DNA from: Camelus ferus
Taxonomy: Eukaryota
Assembly (NCBI RefSeq): GCF_009834535.1
Contig: NC_045697.1
Location: forward strand, 101,992,001 to 102,056,000
DNA: 64,000 bases
Direction: 5' to 3'
The notes beneath the pieces are model-generated. The model was not told the origin of the DNA. It worked only from the letters and a program-made list of their open reading frames with translations, and did no database searches. Made by a program: the position numbers and the translations under genes. Position 1 is the first letter of the stretch. Each line of letters opens with the position of its first letter. Shown here one piece after another: positions 10,491 through 24,189 of this stretch.

Positions 10491-12259
10491 ATAATTATCA
10501 TTTATGTAATAAATAATGATATATTATAAATGCAGACACATAATTATTATTGTTAATTAACCCACCTGAGCAGACGTCAAGTATTTACTAGATTCTACTG
10601 ATAACCAAGTCTAAACTGCTACCTCTGCGTGTCTCCTGTTTAAACCCACAAATCACCACCTCGAGCATGGATTATTAATCCATCCCTACCTGAGAGCCAG
10701 CAGGAGCGTCATTATTTGTATGCAAGGGGATTTATCTAAATAAATTTTAATTTTTTTCCTCCACCGTAAACAAAAAAGTCCAGTGAGCCAGTTGGTCTAT
10801 TCTCTTTTGTTTCCACAAATCCTTACAAAGTGAGAAACAGCTGTGTCTGAAAATTAAGAAAATGATAAATAAATAAATAAAATAAAAATAAATAATAAAT
10901 AACTAAAAATTTAAAAATAAAGACTTGAATTTTAAAAATTAAAAATTAAAAAAATTTTAATAAAGAAAGAAAATTAAGAAAACAAAAGAAAAAAAGGAAG
11001 GAAGGAAAGCAAAAAAAAAAAAAAAGCAAAACAATAATAACAAAAGAACTCTTAAGGACCATCACTGGTGTCACGTACAACATGATGGAACACCCTCAAT
11101 GAAGTGGTATTACATGTTAATTCTCCCAAGGGCAAGCTCTGGGCTGGAAACCTAACCAGTTGTCTTTAGTTTCCTTGACCATTTCTGCATACATGCTGAA
11201 ACTGGGTTCACATTTTCATTGATAAATTTTCTCTTTGTGTCTTGTCACTTAGTGTAGGTTTTTAGATTGCTGGATTTTATTTGCAGGATTTGTGCTTTTA
11301 TTTTAGTTTCTATCTTAAAATACTCTCGTGTGTCTTGGATCTATATGATGTTAGTCCTGAGCTAGGCTCACCTTCCATATCCCAGGAGACTACAATGTCT
11401 CTGTTGGCAAATGAGAAAATGTGAGGGACAATGTAGATGGAAATTTCCTTTTCTCTTCCTGCTGAATCCTACTCTGTGTGTGTGTGTGTGTGTCTGTGTG
11501 TGTTTTCCTGGTAAAGCAGCTGACAGGCTTACCAGAGGAAGTGGTATTCAGAACCATTTAGCCCCACTGCCAACCAGACCTTGATTTTCTATATCAAGAA
11601 AGGTACAGTGAGTGAGATGTGAGGACATGATGCTTGAAGCCAAGAAAAATGCCCAAGAATCAGGAGGGAAACCCTCCTACCCTTCCAGGGTTAAAAGATG
11701 CCTGGATTCTCCCAGGAGCTGGGACCTGCTCAGCCATCCCAGTGTGCCTTGGTCTGAAATAGTGTTTCTTATCTGCTTACAGTATCTACAAATATTCTCA
11801 ACTCTGGAAAATTAATTTGGGCCCATGACAAGCAAGTGGTTAACAAATAAATTGTAAAGGCTACTGTTTGAATATTCTCTTTATTTTATAAACAGCAGAA
11901 GTCATTCTCTGTGCTCAGGTGGGAGAAACTTTAAATCAGAGCCCACTGACACAGACTTGGCATGCTACACTTGACGGATGGGACTTCGCCCTAGACGCAC
12001 ATCTGGGTAATTGTACATTTTTTACCCCCATTTTCAAATCAGCTGCTTTTATTTGTTTCCTTTTCCCTTTGAGGACTCACCCAACTGCTTACATGCTTTA
12101 AAAAAATGAGAGCTATTTTTTTCCTTAATATCTTTTAAACATATTTCTTTTTTTTTTAAAGGTTATACTCCATTTGTATCTATCATAAAATATTGGCTAC
12201 AATCCCCGTGTTGTACCCTATTCTCTTTGTAGCTTACTTTATTTAAACATCCCTCTCAC

Positions 12260-12409
12260 CTTCTGCTGATGCAGGCTCTGTCTTCCTGGACCGCACGGTG
12301 ACAGAGGACACTGGGGAAAGGTCAGTGCCCGTCCTCCAGACACACACCTCCACGGAGCCAGCACTTCCATAGACGTGATACTCAGCATCCCCAAAGTGCA
12401 GGGCAGGCT
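12260..12409 (-). CDS. FREM3: FREM3 exon 7 (150 nt, phase 1/1), start of third Calx-beta domain
   Basis: Acceptor ctccctag|AG and donor GAAG|gtgaga. Translation: [50 protein letters not shown]. Confidence 0.95.
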
Positions 12410-14039
12410 CTAGGGAGACACCAAAGGACAAACTAAGAATGCTTCAGCCTCCCAGGCCCCCTGTCTCCTTCGGCCCTGGGTGTTTGTCACAATCATCAGA
12501 CCTGACAGATCCCACAGGCTCGAGGAGAAACAAACAAAACACAGGGGAAAAAAAACACGTCAAGGAGTCTCACGCCGTAACTTTGATTCCAGGATGTGTA
12601 GTGTGATAAAGTTACTTAGAATTCCACTCATTGTTCTCCTTTAAGAGGTCGCCACTGCAAAAAGAAATTTCTCAGTTGGGGAAAACTGGCCAACTAGCCA
12701 TCAGTCAGGCAAGTCAGCTGCTGTTGAGGAAAAGACGGCGAAGAATTTAGGAGGCTTTTTCTCAGGAGAGAAGTGCTCTTTGTGTTAAGGGACAGTCCAG
12801 CCAGGGTTCTGAATCCAGGGACTGCCGTGCCCTTTCCCCTAATATTTGCTTATCACAAAGATAGACAGAAATCTGAGGTATCCTATCAGCTGAGATGCTG
12901 GAAATGCTACCCCCAGAAGTAAAGAAGGTCCCCCTAGAAAGAGAAGGCTGAAGGAAGCCAGGGTGGGCAACAGGCTCTGAGGGTGGGTGGGAGAGAGAAA
13001 CACAGCTTCCAATGGGAGGAAAAGCCAAGATTTGGCCAAGCAGATATACCCATCCATCCGCTTCTCCACATTCCAAAAAGCAGCCTATGGACTTAGCTGA
13101 CCTTTCACAGCACAAGGTTTAGCTGTAACACTGGATGTACTGCCACGAAAAAGGTTTTGAAATGACCATTTTTTTTGGACTGTGAAATCCAGAGGCAGAA
13201 AAAAAAACAACAACAACAAGGTAAACCCCAGGAAAGCAGCTTCACCACAGAGGAATGATCCCTGACACAGTAGAGAGAAAATCCACATTAGAGAGATGAC
13301 ACTTTTGCAAGTAGAACACAACAGAGAAGCACGTCAGAATTACATTTAAATTTTGGAAGGTAGAAATCAAATTTAATAGGTATTATTTGCTCAGGATATA
13401 TTTTTAAAATAGATCCCTTAATGTTGTGGAGAGTTTTACTAAAAGTTTTACCACGGTATACAAAAGCTCTCATGATCTGACCTGAGTCTGTTTTTTTCTG
13501 GAGTTCTCAGGTACCACACCTGACACTGTGTTCTGTGTCCTAGTGACACTGAACAGCTCACATGCATCCAGGACAGCGTGTGGTTCTCGGTTCCGTCTTG
13601 GAGTCATCTTGGCCTCCATCTTGGCTGGTTGTGTTCTCTAAGCTGGAACTCTCTGTTCAATGTGCCAGTTTCACACACTTCTCCCCATTCTGTAAGACCT
13701 TGAGTAAGAGTGACGTGCTCTGGGAAGCCATCCATACTTCCTTCAAGAGGTTAGTCATCCCTTACCCTGTGCTCCTCGGACACTTTGCATCACTAACTAT
13801 GGTGACTGGTCACACCTGCTAGTTGCTCGCCTCAGGTGCACCGCAGGTGAGAGGTCCGCACTCAGAGAAGGATGGGGTCATCTTCTCTTCTGACTCAGAA
13901 CTTTCATTCCATCTTCCCAATGTTGCTCATGGATGTTTCTGATACCTTCAAGCTTGGGGCAGGAAAGAGGGAGGAGACGCAAGAGCAGCAGGAAAGGTCT
14001 TTCTTGACAGGTATCATCATGGTGACCATACTCCCTGGC

Positions 14040-14115
14040 CTTTTAATTTTTTTTTAATTGAAGTACAGTCAGTTACAATGTGTCAATCCCTGGTGTACTG
14101 TACAATGTCTCAGTC

Positions 14116-14146
<31 letters not shown>

Positions 14147-14385
14147 TATTTTCATTAAAGGTTATTTCAAGATATTGAATATAGTCCCCTGTGCTATACA
14201 GAAGAAATTTTTAAAATCTATTTTTACATATAGTAGTTAATATTTGCAAATATCAAACTCTCCCCAATGTTTTTTATTTTAATGGAGGTACTGGGGATTG
14301 AACCCAGGACCTCAAGAATGCTAAGCAATGCTCTACCACTGAGTTCTGCACCCCTTTATTATTATTATTATTACAATTTTTAATG

Positions 14386-14465
<80 letters not shown>
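14040..14465 (-). mobile_element. Short L1 3' end, vic-1-like SINE (about 14270-14355) and (ATT)n microsatellite (about 14357-14465)
   Basis: attgaagtacagtcagttaca, then ggaggtactggggattgaacccaggacc, then a long ATT repeat. Confidence 0.85.
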
Positions 14466-16059
14466 TGTAATGGCCTGGTCTTAGAAGATGGAAGAAAACA
14501 GATTCTGTCTCTCATGGGCACTTCTGTGTCCTCTCTGGAGATCTCTCACTCCCATAGTTGGGAATTTCTCACCTGTAGCTCCCTTGATGAAGATGACTGC
14601 ATCTCTATTCTGGCTGGTCACTTAGTCCTTCCTCAACCATTAGCACTTGGCAGTGCTCGTGCTGGGGACTGTTCATCCCTCTAGGTGGCGCTTTTGGACA
14701 AGAGCTAAGACAGGTCCATCCTGGCTCTCTATCGCATGCATGGCTTACATCTGGTCCACTGCAACCTTCCTGCATCCTTTTCCTTGATAAACTCTAGGAA
14801 TATTGCCTAACCCTAATGTAGTCTCTCTCTTCTGCTCATCTGTCAAAGCAGCCAGTAAGTTTATCTCCTACACTGAGATTTTCCAGGTAGAACCAGACCC
14901 CGTTCACTGTATCTCAGATGGTCTCCATAGGACCCCCTCTTGTGATTTAGTGCCAATTTGAAAAGCTATCATGTTAAAGCCACCATTCCAACACACTGTT
15001 GTGCGTTTTTGTCAGAGCCCTCCAGACATCTCAAGATCAGGGACCACATCCCACATGACTTTGCACCCTTAGGAACACATCATCTGGTGGGCTGGTGTGT
15101 TACACGTGCTCAGGAATTTATCAAGTGGATCGTCTTAACTTACTTTTGATATACTTTGAACTTATTACAAAAGTTTTTTTTTTAAGTTTGGACAAAGCTA
15201 TCTGCTCTTTTTTTTTTTTTTTTTTTTTTTTAAGCAGAGAATTTATTCTGTCTGGTATTGGGGAAGGGAGAGAGCTAAGAAAGATTTTTTTAAAAATTGA
15301 GTTATTACATCACTGTTCAGAGAAAAATTGTAAGAATTAAGCCTCTCTGAATACAGTAAGATACAAGATATAAGAAGAGGACAATGTCACTTAGAAGAAA
15401 AATCACGAAACTCTTCCAAGATGCTCTGTGTATTGAGCAACAGGAGATGTGGTGACAGAGAGGAAAGGGCAGCTCTGTGCAGCCCGGCAGCACCTCCAGG
15501 TCGTCCTCACCCTCGCCCTGTCTAGAAAACTGAGATACTGGCAATAACCCTTAAGGGCGGGCAATTCTGAGAGTATGACGTTTTGGCCACATCATATTTC
15601 TGTTAAATGGATTCCACACCCTTGGATGGGTTTTTATCTCCTTCAAAAGAGACTGTTCTTTAAATGGAAATAGGAAGGAGAAATGTGACAAGGCAGGAAG
15701 TGAAGCTTTCAAAAGAGATATAACCATCATTAAAAATGAATTCAATGTCCAGATTCAGAAAAATTTCATGCCAAGATCCAAAATGGACTTGCAGGTGAAG
15801 TGACAAACTTATTGGTAAACTTGGTCAAACTACTTGGATCAGGATAGATGCCAAAAGGTGGAGAATAGGAGAATTTTTTTTTCAGTTATTTCAGAAGAAA
15901 AAATAGATTCTAGAAACAAACTTGTAAAGTTAGTCTCTAGAAAAATTCTAGAACAGCTTATTTAAATATTTTCTGAATTTTTTGAAAAGAAAGAGGCAAT
16001 GTCCTATGAGTCAACATCAGTTCTTCCGCATCTGGCTTCATGAAATCAAATTTAATTTT

Positions 16060-17058
16060 TTTTAGTTCAGTTAAAGAGACACCTGTTGAGCATCCTCTCT
16101 ATGTGCTCTAACTGTGCTAGTTACTGGGGATGTACAGAGCTGGGCATCCTTGCTGTTGAGGTGTTTCTCACATAACAGAACAGCCACATCAATGCCAATC
16201 AGCTAAACCCTGAGTGCTTTGACAAGAGGAGGAACCCATCTAGAGGCTCAGAATGTGAAGGCTTAAGAGAAATAACACTGTGCTGGACTTGAATAAATAG
16301 GAATTGACCAATGAGAAAGGTGGGAGGAATGTTCCAAACAGCGGCTAATATGAAAAAAGGCACAGAAACATGAAAAATCCTAGCATTTTGGGAGGAAAAC
16401 AAGAGTGTGTTTCTTAGAAATGTGTCAGGTGAGAGTGGAGGAAAGCAGAGAATGAGTTTAGAGAGGAAAGTCCTGCCAGATCCTGCAGAAACCTGGATCC
16501 ATTTTAAGCAGATGGGACCTTCACTTTCTAGACTCTCTGTAGAATGTGGGAACCAATTTTAAGCAGTGGTAAGGTGGCTGGTTTTTTGTTTTCTCTACAC
16601 CTGTCTAACTTCAGTGGGAGCCACAGATTTAAGGAAGAGTTAGGGCTGCTGATTAGGAAGTAATCACAATTATCCAAGTGAGACCTGAGGGTGGTTTGAA
16701 CTATGCACGTACTAGGGATGGAGTGGAAGAGATAGATGTGGTAAGTGTCCTGAGCAGCAGCCAGTGAGTGGATGTAGGTGGCTTCTGGGATGCCCTGCAG
16801 GTGTGAGGGTGGGACCATCATTAACTCAGCTGGAAATATAGGAGGGGAAACAGTCTTGGTCAGGGTTAGAAAGGCTTTCATGTGTGAACCTGGAGTTCAA
16901 AAACCAGATCAGGGCTGCAGATGAGATTTGGGGGTCCTAAGCACAGAAGTTGTGGTCAATCCTGTATTAGATGGTATGACCATACAAAGTGAATGAGTAA
17001 AGAGAACTGTAGTGGGGATATCAACCCTTAGGGAGACTGGCAGAGGGGAAGGAGCTCA

Positions 17059-17090
<32 letters not shown>

Positions 17091-17190
17091 GATGAAGAGA
17101 GAGGAGTAGATCCAGGAAAATCAAGAGATTAAAGCAAACTGGAAAATATGAGTGATCACAATGTCAAACGCAGCACTGCATATCCAGAAA
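16060..17190 (-). mobile_element. L2 fragments
   Basis: Purine-rich decayed text typical of antisense L2: ctgttgagcatc...tgtgctag..., atccaagtgagacctgagggtggtttgaacta, cagggctgcagatgagatttgggggtc. Confidence 0.6.
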
Positions 17191-19671
17191 TTTAAGATAC
17201 ATGCAAGTAACAGTGGCAAAACAACCAAAATACATCTTATGAAACTTAAGCTGCATAAATTGGACTAAAGTACCCAAGTTGAAGAATAAGAACTGAAATA
17301 AAAATTTTCTACTTTTAAAGCCTGTAACAATTGTATTATAATATAACTAGCCTTATAAGACATAATGATACTCATTTTTCCGAATGGTTTCCTGGGGTTT
17401 ACAGCACAGCAACATGTCTTTCAAGTTTTAAAAACATGGTTTTTTTTTTTTTGTCCAAACTCACATAAACTCAAACACCAAGAGTGAAGCTAATGTAAAC
17501 TATGGACTCCAGGCGATAATGATGTGTCGATGTAGGTTCATGAATTGTAACAAAGGTATCATGCTGGTGGGGGATGCTGATGATGCAGAAGTTGCAGACT
17601 GGAATTCTAGACAGGGACTTAAAAAAAGGAACACTGGTATATGCAACAATTTAAATGAATCTCACAGTTGAATTAAAGTTGTTGAAAATTAAAGTGTTGA
17701 ATTAAAGAAGCCAGAAAAATAAAAATGTCAACCCTCTATGATTCCACTTATATGAAGTACAAAAACTGGGGAAAATAAATCTATGGTAACAAAAATCCAA
17801 ACATGGGACAGAATTAATTAGAAAGGGGAACAAGGGTGCTTTCTGACGTGATGGAAAGATTCTTGACTATGTAGTATTTACACAGGTACTTGTAACCATC
17901 AAAATTAATCCAGTGGTACACTTACAATATGTGCATTCACCGTATATAAATTTTATAATAGCAGAAAAGGACAAAAGTAAATGAGGGGAATTATTATTAA
18001 AAAAACACTTAATGTGCTGAAGTTTATCTTGGTCCATAGCAACAGTATTAACCACATTTTAAAAGAAAGTTGGATGTGCTGATTTTGCCAAAATGACACT
18101 TTGTTTATGCATAATTTTCCCTTACAGTGTTTTCTTAAATCCATCACCATTGTGTTAGACGTCCATTTAATGACAAAGACACTAATCTAGCTGGCAATCT
18201 TTATAGGCAAATTTTATGCATGTTATAAAAATCTTATTTCTTCAGGACAAAATTAATAGCCCCCTGTGAAATGACATCATTTTTTTTTTTTTGTGGCAGA
18301 CTACAAGAGTTTTCAAATCACATCCTGAAAATGGAAGGAAATGTCTTCAGCAGATAAGCAGGGACCTGCTATAAAGTGTTCGTATACAGAACAGACACAC
18401 AGTGGTAATTAACAAGTGCCCTCAGCTCCATCTTGCCCCTGTTACTGGGCAGGTGGAAGCTAGCGTCTTAAGCCAGGTGCATGCATGTGAAGTCTAAGGA
18501 GCATATGTTCAGCTAACACTGATTGGCCATATTCTGTGGCCTCTCCCCTCAGGAGCTGATTTTTTTTTAATAATGGGTCCCATGGCAGTGCAGGGTCCTC
18601 GGTTGTTAGGTTGCCTCTGCCCGTACCATTTCTTTTCTTAGCACTATCCCTTGGCAATTGCTTTTACAGAGGCATTCCTGCAGGTGATCTATTTGACAAG
18701 GGGCTATTTGATCTCTGTTTAAGGAAGCCAAACATTTCCCAGAGTCTAGCTAAATAGAACAAAAACATTTCATCCTAATTCCAACCCTGGAGCTGCTGGG
18801 GTACATCGTTAGGCTGCTGGATATTGTGTCATCACCTGGCCCAAAGGAAAATGTGCTTTTGCTACCAGATGATGGACTTGACACTTCTGCACGAAGAAAG
18901 CATTAGCGGTATTTAACAAGTGCTCAGACAGGGCCAAATTACATGTAAAATCCTGACCCTGGAAAATGTGCACTTTCCCCAATTTTTTTCTTAAATTGTC
19001 CATTTCATCAGACACACATTTTTATCTCTGGCTGAAAGGACAACTAAACTGCTTCCCATGATACACCATGAGTTAGAATCTGATCAATGCTTAATGCTTA
19101 AAAACTGAATTAGGGAAATTGTCATTTCGCTTCCAAAAGACTATAATCAAGTAGCAGTATAATCAAGCTAATAATCACTGTGATTGTTTCCTCAAGGCCA
19201 AAATAAATGGCACCATTCAAAGGAACCATTAGCATCATGAGTGGCAAAATCTGTGACTATCTATAGTCTAGAGACTAAAGCAGCACCCATAGAAGTCATC
19301 CAAGGACAGTGGGTAAATGGGTGCCTGTGGGGCACCTGAACAGGGGGATGGAGGACATCACACCTTCATAGTTTGCAGAACTAGTATCTGAAATGGACAT
19401 TAATTCTGACCCTGGAGATTGAGATGTTACAGGGCAGTCACTGGGTAGAGTCATGCTGGGCTTACGGTAATGTCACCTTGCAGCTTCAGGAGACGGGGGC
19501 TAGGTAAGTTACGGTCACATCTGTAGCATGACCAACTGTTTCAGCTCACATTCACTCTGCATGGAACCTAGGAAAGAGAACGCAACCAAAAGAACGTAAA
19601 GAATGGGCTGCTTGTTTTCAGCCATGTTAAGAGAAAGAATATTTTGACTATGGACCGTGAGGGTCTAGGAC

Positions 19672-20192
19672 AGTCAAACAGTAAGAATTCATTTACTAGG
19701 GAGAGGCCTTGGAGAAACAGAAGACAAGATGAACAGCTTAAATCACAAGACCATTCTGTTGTTTCTGCTCAAGACAGAGTTGGTTCTATTGACTTGATGG
19801 TGTTGCTAGGATCCCACGCTCATCAAACAATATCCTGCTTATGAAGTTGCTGTCCATGTGGAGTCTCCTTTAAGGAGAGGGTGTCAATCAGAGGACACTG
19901 GCTTTTTCTAAGCTTATAGCAAAGTGTACAATCTTATTCTTTTCTTTTGCTTTAATTTTTGGGGATGATTTTAAAACACAAAATCAAATTCTTTATCAAA
20001 GTGTAATGCAGTGTATGCTTGGAAAATGTTAAAGCATAAAAGACTATGTAGGGTATGGACACATTATTTTGGGGTCTCCCAGCACCCAAGTAGGAAAGCA
20101 GAGCATGAGTCAAACAGTAAGAATTCGTTTACTAGGGAGAGGCCTTGGAGAAACAGAAGACAAAATGAACAGCTTAAATCACAAGACCATTC
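19672..20192 (+). repeat. 85-bp direct duplication (19672-19756 and 20108-20192)
   Basis: The copies differ at 2 positions. Both ORF-track peptides contain SNSKNSFTRERPWRNRRQ. Confidence 0.95.
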
Positions 20193-22381
20193 AAGTTCAG
20201 TGATTAGCTCCTTTCTTTCTCTGACTTGTTAGGAATAAAATTTTGGCACAGATTTTTAAAGTCCATGATAACATTTTAATGAAAAAACTCAAATAGTCTA
20301 CAGGATACTTCATTTCAGTAAGTGTGGGTTGTGCTGCAGATCTTAAGATGACTTCAAGAATGATCAAATGACAGAGTTGGAAGGATCTCAGGCGATAACC
20401 CATTGAAACCTCCTTATTTTATGGAGTGGGAAACGGAACCTCTATACCTTCACCTGCCCAAGGTTACCTGGACAGGTAGTGGTACCCCAGATTCAAGAGC
20501 CCCCAGTTCAACCTTTCCTCACTCTATCATCTCCCTCCCCAATCTCCTTCCTTTCTCTCCCATTTCTTCCCTTGCGTACTTTGACTATAACTAGGTCCGG
20601 CAGGGAAAGAGAACTGATATGGTACTGGCATCACTCTTTGGCTTCAGGAAAAGGTGTGGCAGTGAAGGGAAGAGGAATTTGAAGCTATTTGGATACAGAT
20701 GTCAACTTTTTCATGTTAATTCCACATCACTATAGAAAACTGAGAAGTAGTCATAAAGGAAAGAGCTACTATGAAGAAGAGAATATAGAACAGTGTAAAA
20801 AAAAGTCCCTGCCTCCATAACTTTGCTTCTTTCTCTTCTCTTTTGCCTGCCTAACAACTTCTTGGTCTTTAGAACTTGGTCCAGGTAACCCTTTCCTGAC
20901 GTCTCAGTAAGAGGTAGGTACGCTAGCCATAATCCTAATCCTAACCCTGATATTTCGAAAAAAAATCTCGTCTTTCAATTAGGCTTCAAACACCACATCA
21001 CACCATATTGTCATTCTTTTCTTGGTTATGCAGTGATTTTTCAGAAGTCAAAACCAGTTAAATTTACTCAGAGCCTCCTTTTCTTCTGTGGGGAAAACAA
21101 CAGATAATTTATATATAAGATTGTAACATTTCTCTTTCCAAAAAACTACATAGTCAAGGTTAATAGTCTTAGTAGACACTCCCTAATCTCTCTTTGGTGT
21201 AACAGAAAATCTAATACAAATGCTAAATTTCTATGGCGTATACTGAAAATTCCTACACCTTATTTTAAGAAAAACAATCACTATCTTAAATCTAACGGGG
21301 CAATTTTTGAAAAGAAAGTACACGATGAACAGAACATAGACTTCAGGGTCTATACTTATTCCTAGCCCTTGATACTTGTGAAAATATGTTTTGGAACTGA
21401 ACTTAGTGCTTGACAACTTTTTTTCAGTGGACCAAAACTGGCCTATTGTACATTTTGAGATCTTGTCCACAGGTGTGATATCAACAAGCAAACGCATTTA
21501 GGAGACCAACTAAACTAACTAAAAACAAACGAACTTTAATCTCACTCATATTTTCCTTTGTTCTAGAACAATTTAATATATGATACATTTGGCCATCCCC
21601 AACTAGAGAGTATATACACTCTCCAACCTCGACTCGATCTGGTTTATCTCTTGACATAGCTCTCGCCTCATGGAAGCTCTGTGCTGTATCACACAAACCT
21701 GGGCTCTGTAATCGGAGACCAGTCCAATCCTGCCTAGATCTGAACACAGCAACTCACAGCCCTCAAGTCCTGGCAGACACATGTTGGGGAGATGAAGTGG
21801 GCAACCTAATTTGAGACTAGTAATGAAATAGTCTGATCCTGGCCCCACCTTCATCAATATTTTCTCTTAGGAGTGCTTCTTGTAGAAAAGGCAATTGAGA
21901 CTTAAGAAAATAATACTGGGCTTGATTCTTGTTGAGTCTGAGGGTGGGAGGGGTTGGGTTTGAGCAGCGGGGAGCCCTCTCTTCTTCTCTAGCTCTGAGT
22001 TTCAGATGGGACTGGAGCCAAAATCCCTGCCAGGTGGGGCTGGAAGAGAAGTCTGGATGCCTACATATGGAGCTCCATGGTACCCTTAGACCATCTGAAG
22101 ACTCATGTATTTGCTGTGAGGGAGGCTCCCTGTCCTGTGAAGATGAGTGTCCTTGTGGGGCAGTCCTGGTGGGTGATCAGATACCTAATCTAGGTCCTCT
22201 TCTCAGCTTCCTTATCAGTCTTAGGTCTCTTCTTTGGGATGTGCTTTTTTTATTTGAACAAACGCATATACAAATATTTAATCTTCCTGCACTGCTACGT
22301 TGTCCTTAGTGTTGGTGATATCTGTGTATTTGAAAGGCTACTCAGCACCTTTGGAAAAGGAACAGTATCGAAAATTCCTTT

Positions 22382-22848
22382 ATACTCACTCATAAAAAAG
22401 AAGAAAATGGTGCCATTTGCAGCAACGTGGATGGACCTAGAGATTGTCATTACTAAGTGAAGTAAGCTAGAAAGAGAAAGAAAAATATCATATGATATTA
22501 CTCATATGTGGAATCAAAAAAAGAAGAAAAGAGGACACTAATGAACTCATCTACAAAACAGAAACAGACTAGCAGACATGGTAAATAATCTTATGGTTAC
22601 CAGGGAAAGGGGGTGGGAAGGGATAAATTTGGGAGTTTGAGATTTGCAAATGTTAGCCACTAAATATAAAAATAGATATAAAAACGCAAATTTCTTCTGT
22701 AGAGCACAGAGAACTATATTCAATATCTTGTAATAACCGTTCATGAAAAAGAATATGAAAACAAATATATGTATGTATATGCATGACTGGGACATTGTGC
22801 TATACACCAGAAACTGATACATTGTAACTGACTTCAATTAAAAAAAAA
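22382..22848 (+). mobile_element. 5'-truncated L1 with target-site duplication aaaattccttt
   Basis: tgccatttgcagcaacgtggatggacctagag...caattaaaaaaaaa; the TSD is present on both sides. Ends about 100 bp from the exon 6 donor. Confidence 0.9.
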
Positions 22849-22954
22849 TTCCTTTTAAAAGATCATTTAAGCTAGATTTGTCTTTCAACTGTTGAGGGAA
22901 AGTATGAGAAGAAGGTAGTTATTGCCAAGAATGGAAAGAAGGAAATGGACTTAC

Positions 22955-23207
22955 CATCATCACGGTCAGCGAGGATAACCACATTGGTAGTGGGGAATCT
23001 GGCCCCCAGTTGCCCTCCTGTTGGCAGGCTCAGTGAAACGCTGAAGGATTCCTCCTCTTCATAGAGGGAGTCATCGATGATCAGGACCCGGCAGGTGTTC
23101 TCAACTTCATCCTTGTCAAAATGGAGGATGCTAGTGTGGTCTTTTGGACGTGAGATGTAGTCAGAGAAAGATAACACCTGTGGGAGGTAGGGTGCCTGTG
23201 GCAGAAC
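22955..23207 (-). CDS. FREM3: FREM3 exon 6 (253 nt; contains an apparent 1-bp frameshifting insertion)
   Basis: Acceptor ttccatag|GT and donor GATG|gtaagt. [10 protein letters not shown] is followed by one extra G, then [74 protein letters not shown]. Confidence 0.93.
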
Positions 23208-23454
23208 CTATGGAAATAGGAGATGGAACAGAGAAGGTGAGAAGACATGGAGTTCTGAATAGGAAGCCCACTCCCCACTGAGTTTTCTTCAAACTATTTT
23301 TAGATAAGAGCTATCTGAATTATAAGGCACACTTACCTCTTACAGTCACAAATATTAATATTATAATTAGAAGGCTTTAAGAACAGATCCTGCTGTTCTA
23401 ACATGATCCACAGTTAGTGGTCTTTAAATAGGGTATATATTGCATAAGTTTTAC

Positions 23455-23600
23455 TTTTTTTTTTTTTTTTTAAGATTCCACATATAAGTGATATCATGTG
23501 ATTTTTTTTTTCTCTTTCTGGCTTACTTCACTTAGAATGACATTCTCCATGTTGCTGCAAATAGCATTATTTTATTTTTTTTATGGCTGAGTAGTATTCC

Positions 23601-23654
<54 letters not shown>

Positions 23655-23872
23655 ACAACTTCTTTATCCAGTCATCTGTTGATGGACATTTAGGCTGTTT
23701 CCATGTCTTGGCTATTGTAAATAGGGCTGTTATGAACATTGGGGTGCAGGTGTCTTTTTGAATTAAGGTTGCCTCTGGATATATGCCTGGAGTGGGACTG
23801 TTGGAGCATATGGTAAGTCTATTTTTAGTTTTCTGAGAAATTTCCATACTGTTTTCCACAATGGCTGCACCA
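23455..23872 (-). mobile_element. L1 fragment with internal (CA)n
   Basis: ORF track shows the L1 ORF2 C-terminus-like peptide TCTPMFITALFTIAKTWKQPKCPSTDDWIKKLW. Confidence 0.9.
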
Positions 23873-24189
23873 GCATGAAGTTTGTTTAGATTAGGGGCTA
23901 AATAAGCTGAAGGATCATAGGATGGTGGGTCTGGTTTAACTTAATTTGTTCCTGTTATAGACTGGAAAACTGAAGTACAGATAAAATTATAACCAGAGAA
24001 TCTATCCCCTGCCCCTGCCCTTCCCTTAGTGGCAGAGCTGTCAGTGCCATCTATGTAATCTGACCTTCACATCTTGCCTAGAGTTCTTCACATGACACCA
24101 AAATACAGCCACAAAATTACTTATTTTACAAGGAGTACAGGATTGATCAATTTTAGTTTAGATGCAGTACACTTAAAATTCTGTAATAA

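Noticed and set aside
14333..14521. Poly-Ile ORF
   Set aside because: It is the translation of an (ATT)n microsatellite.
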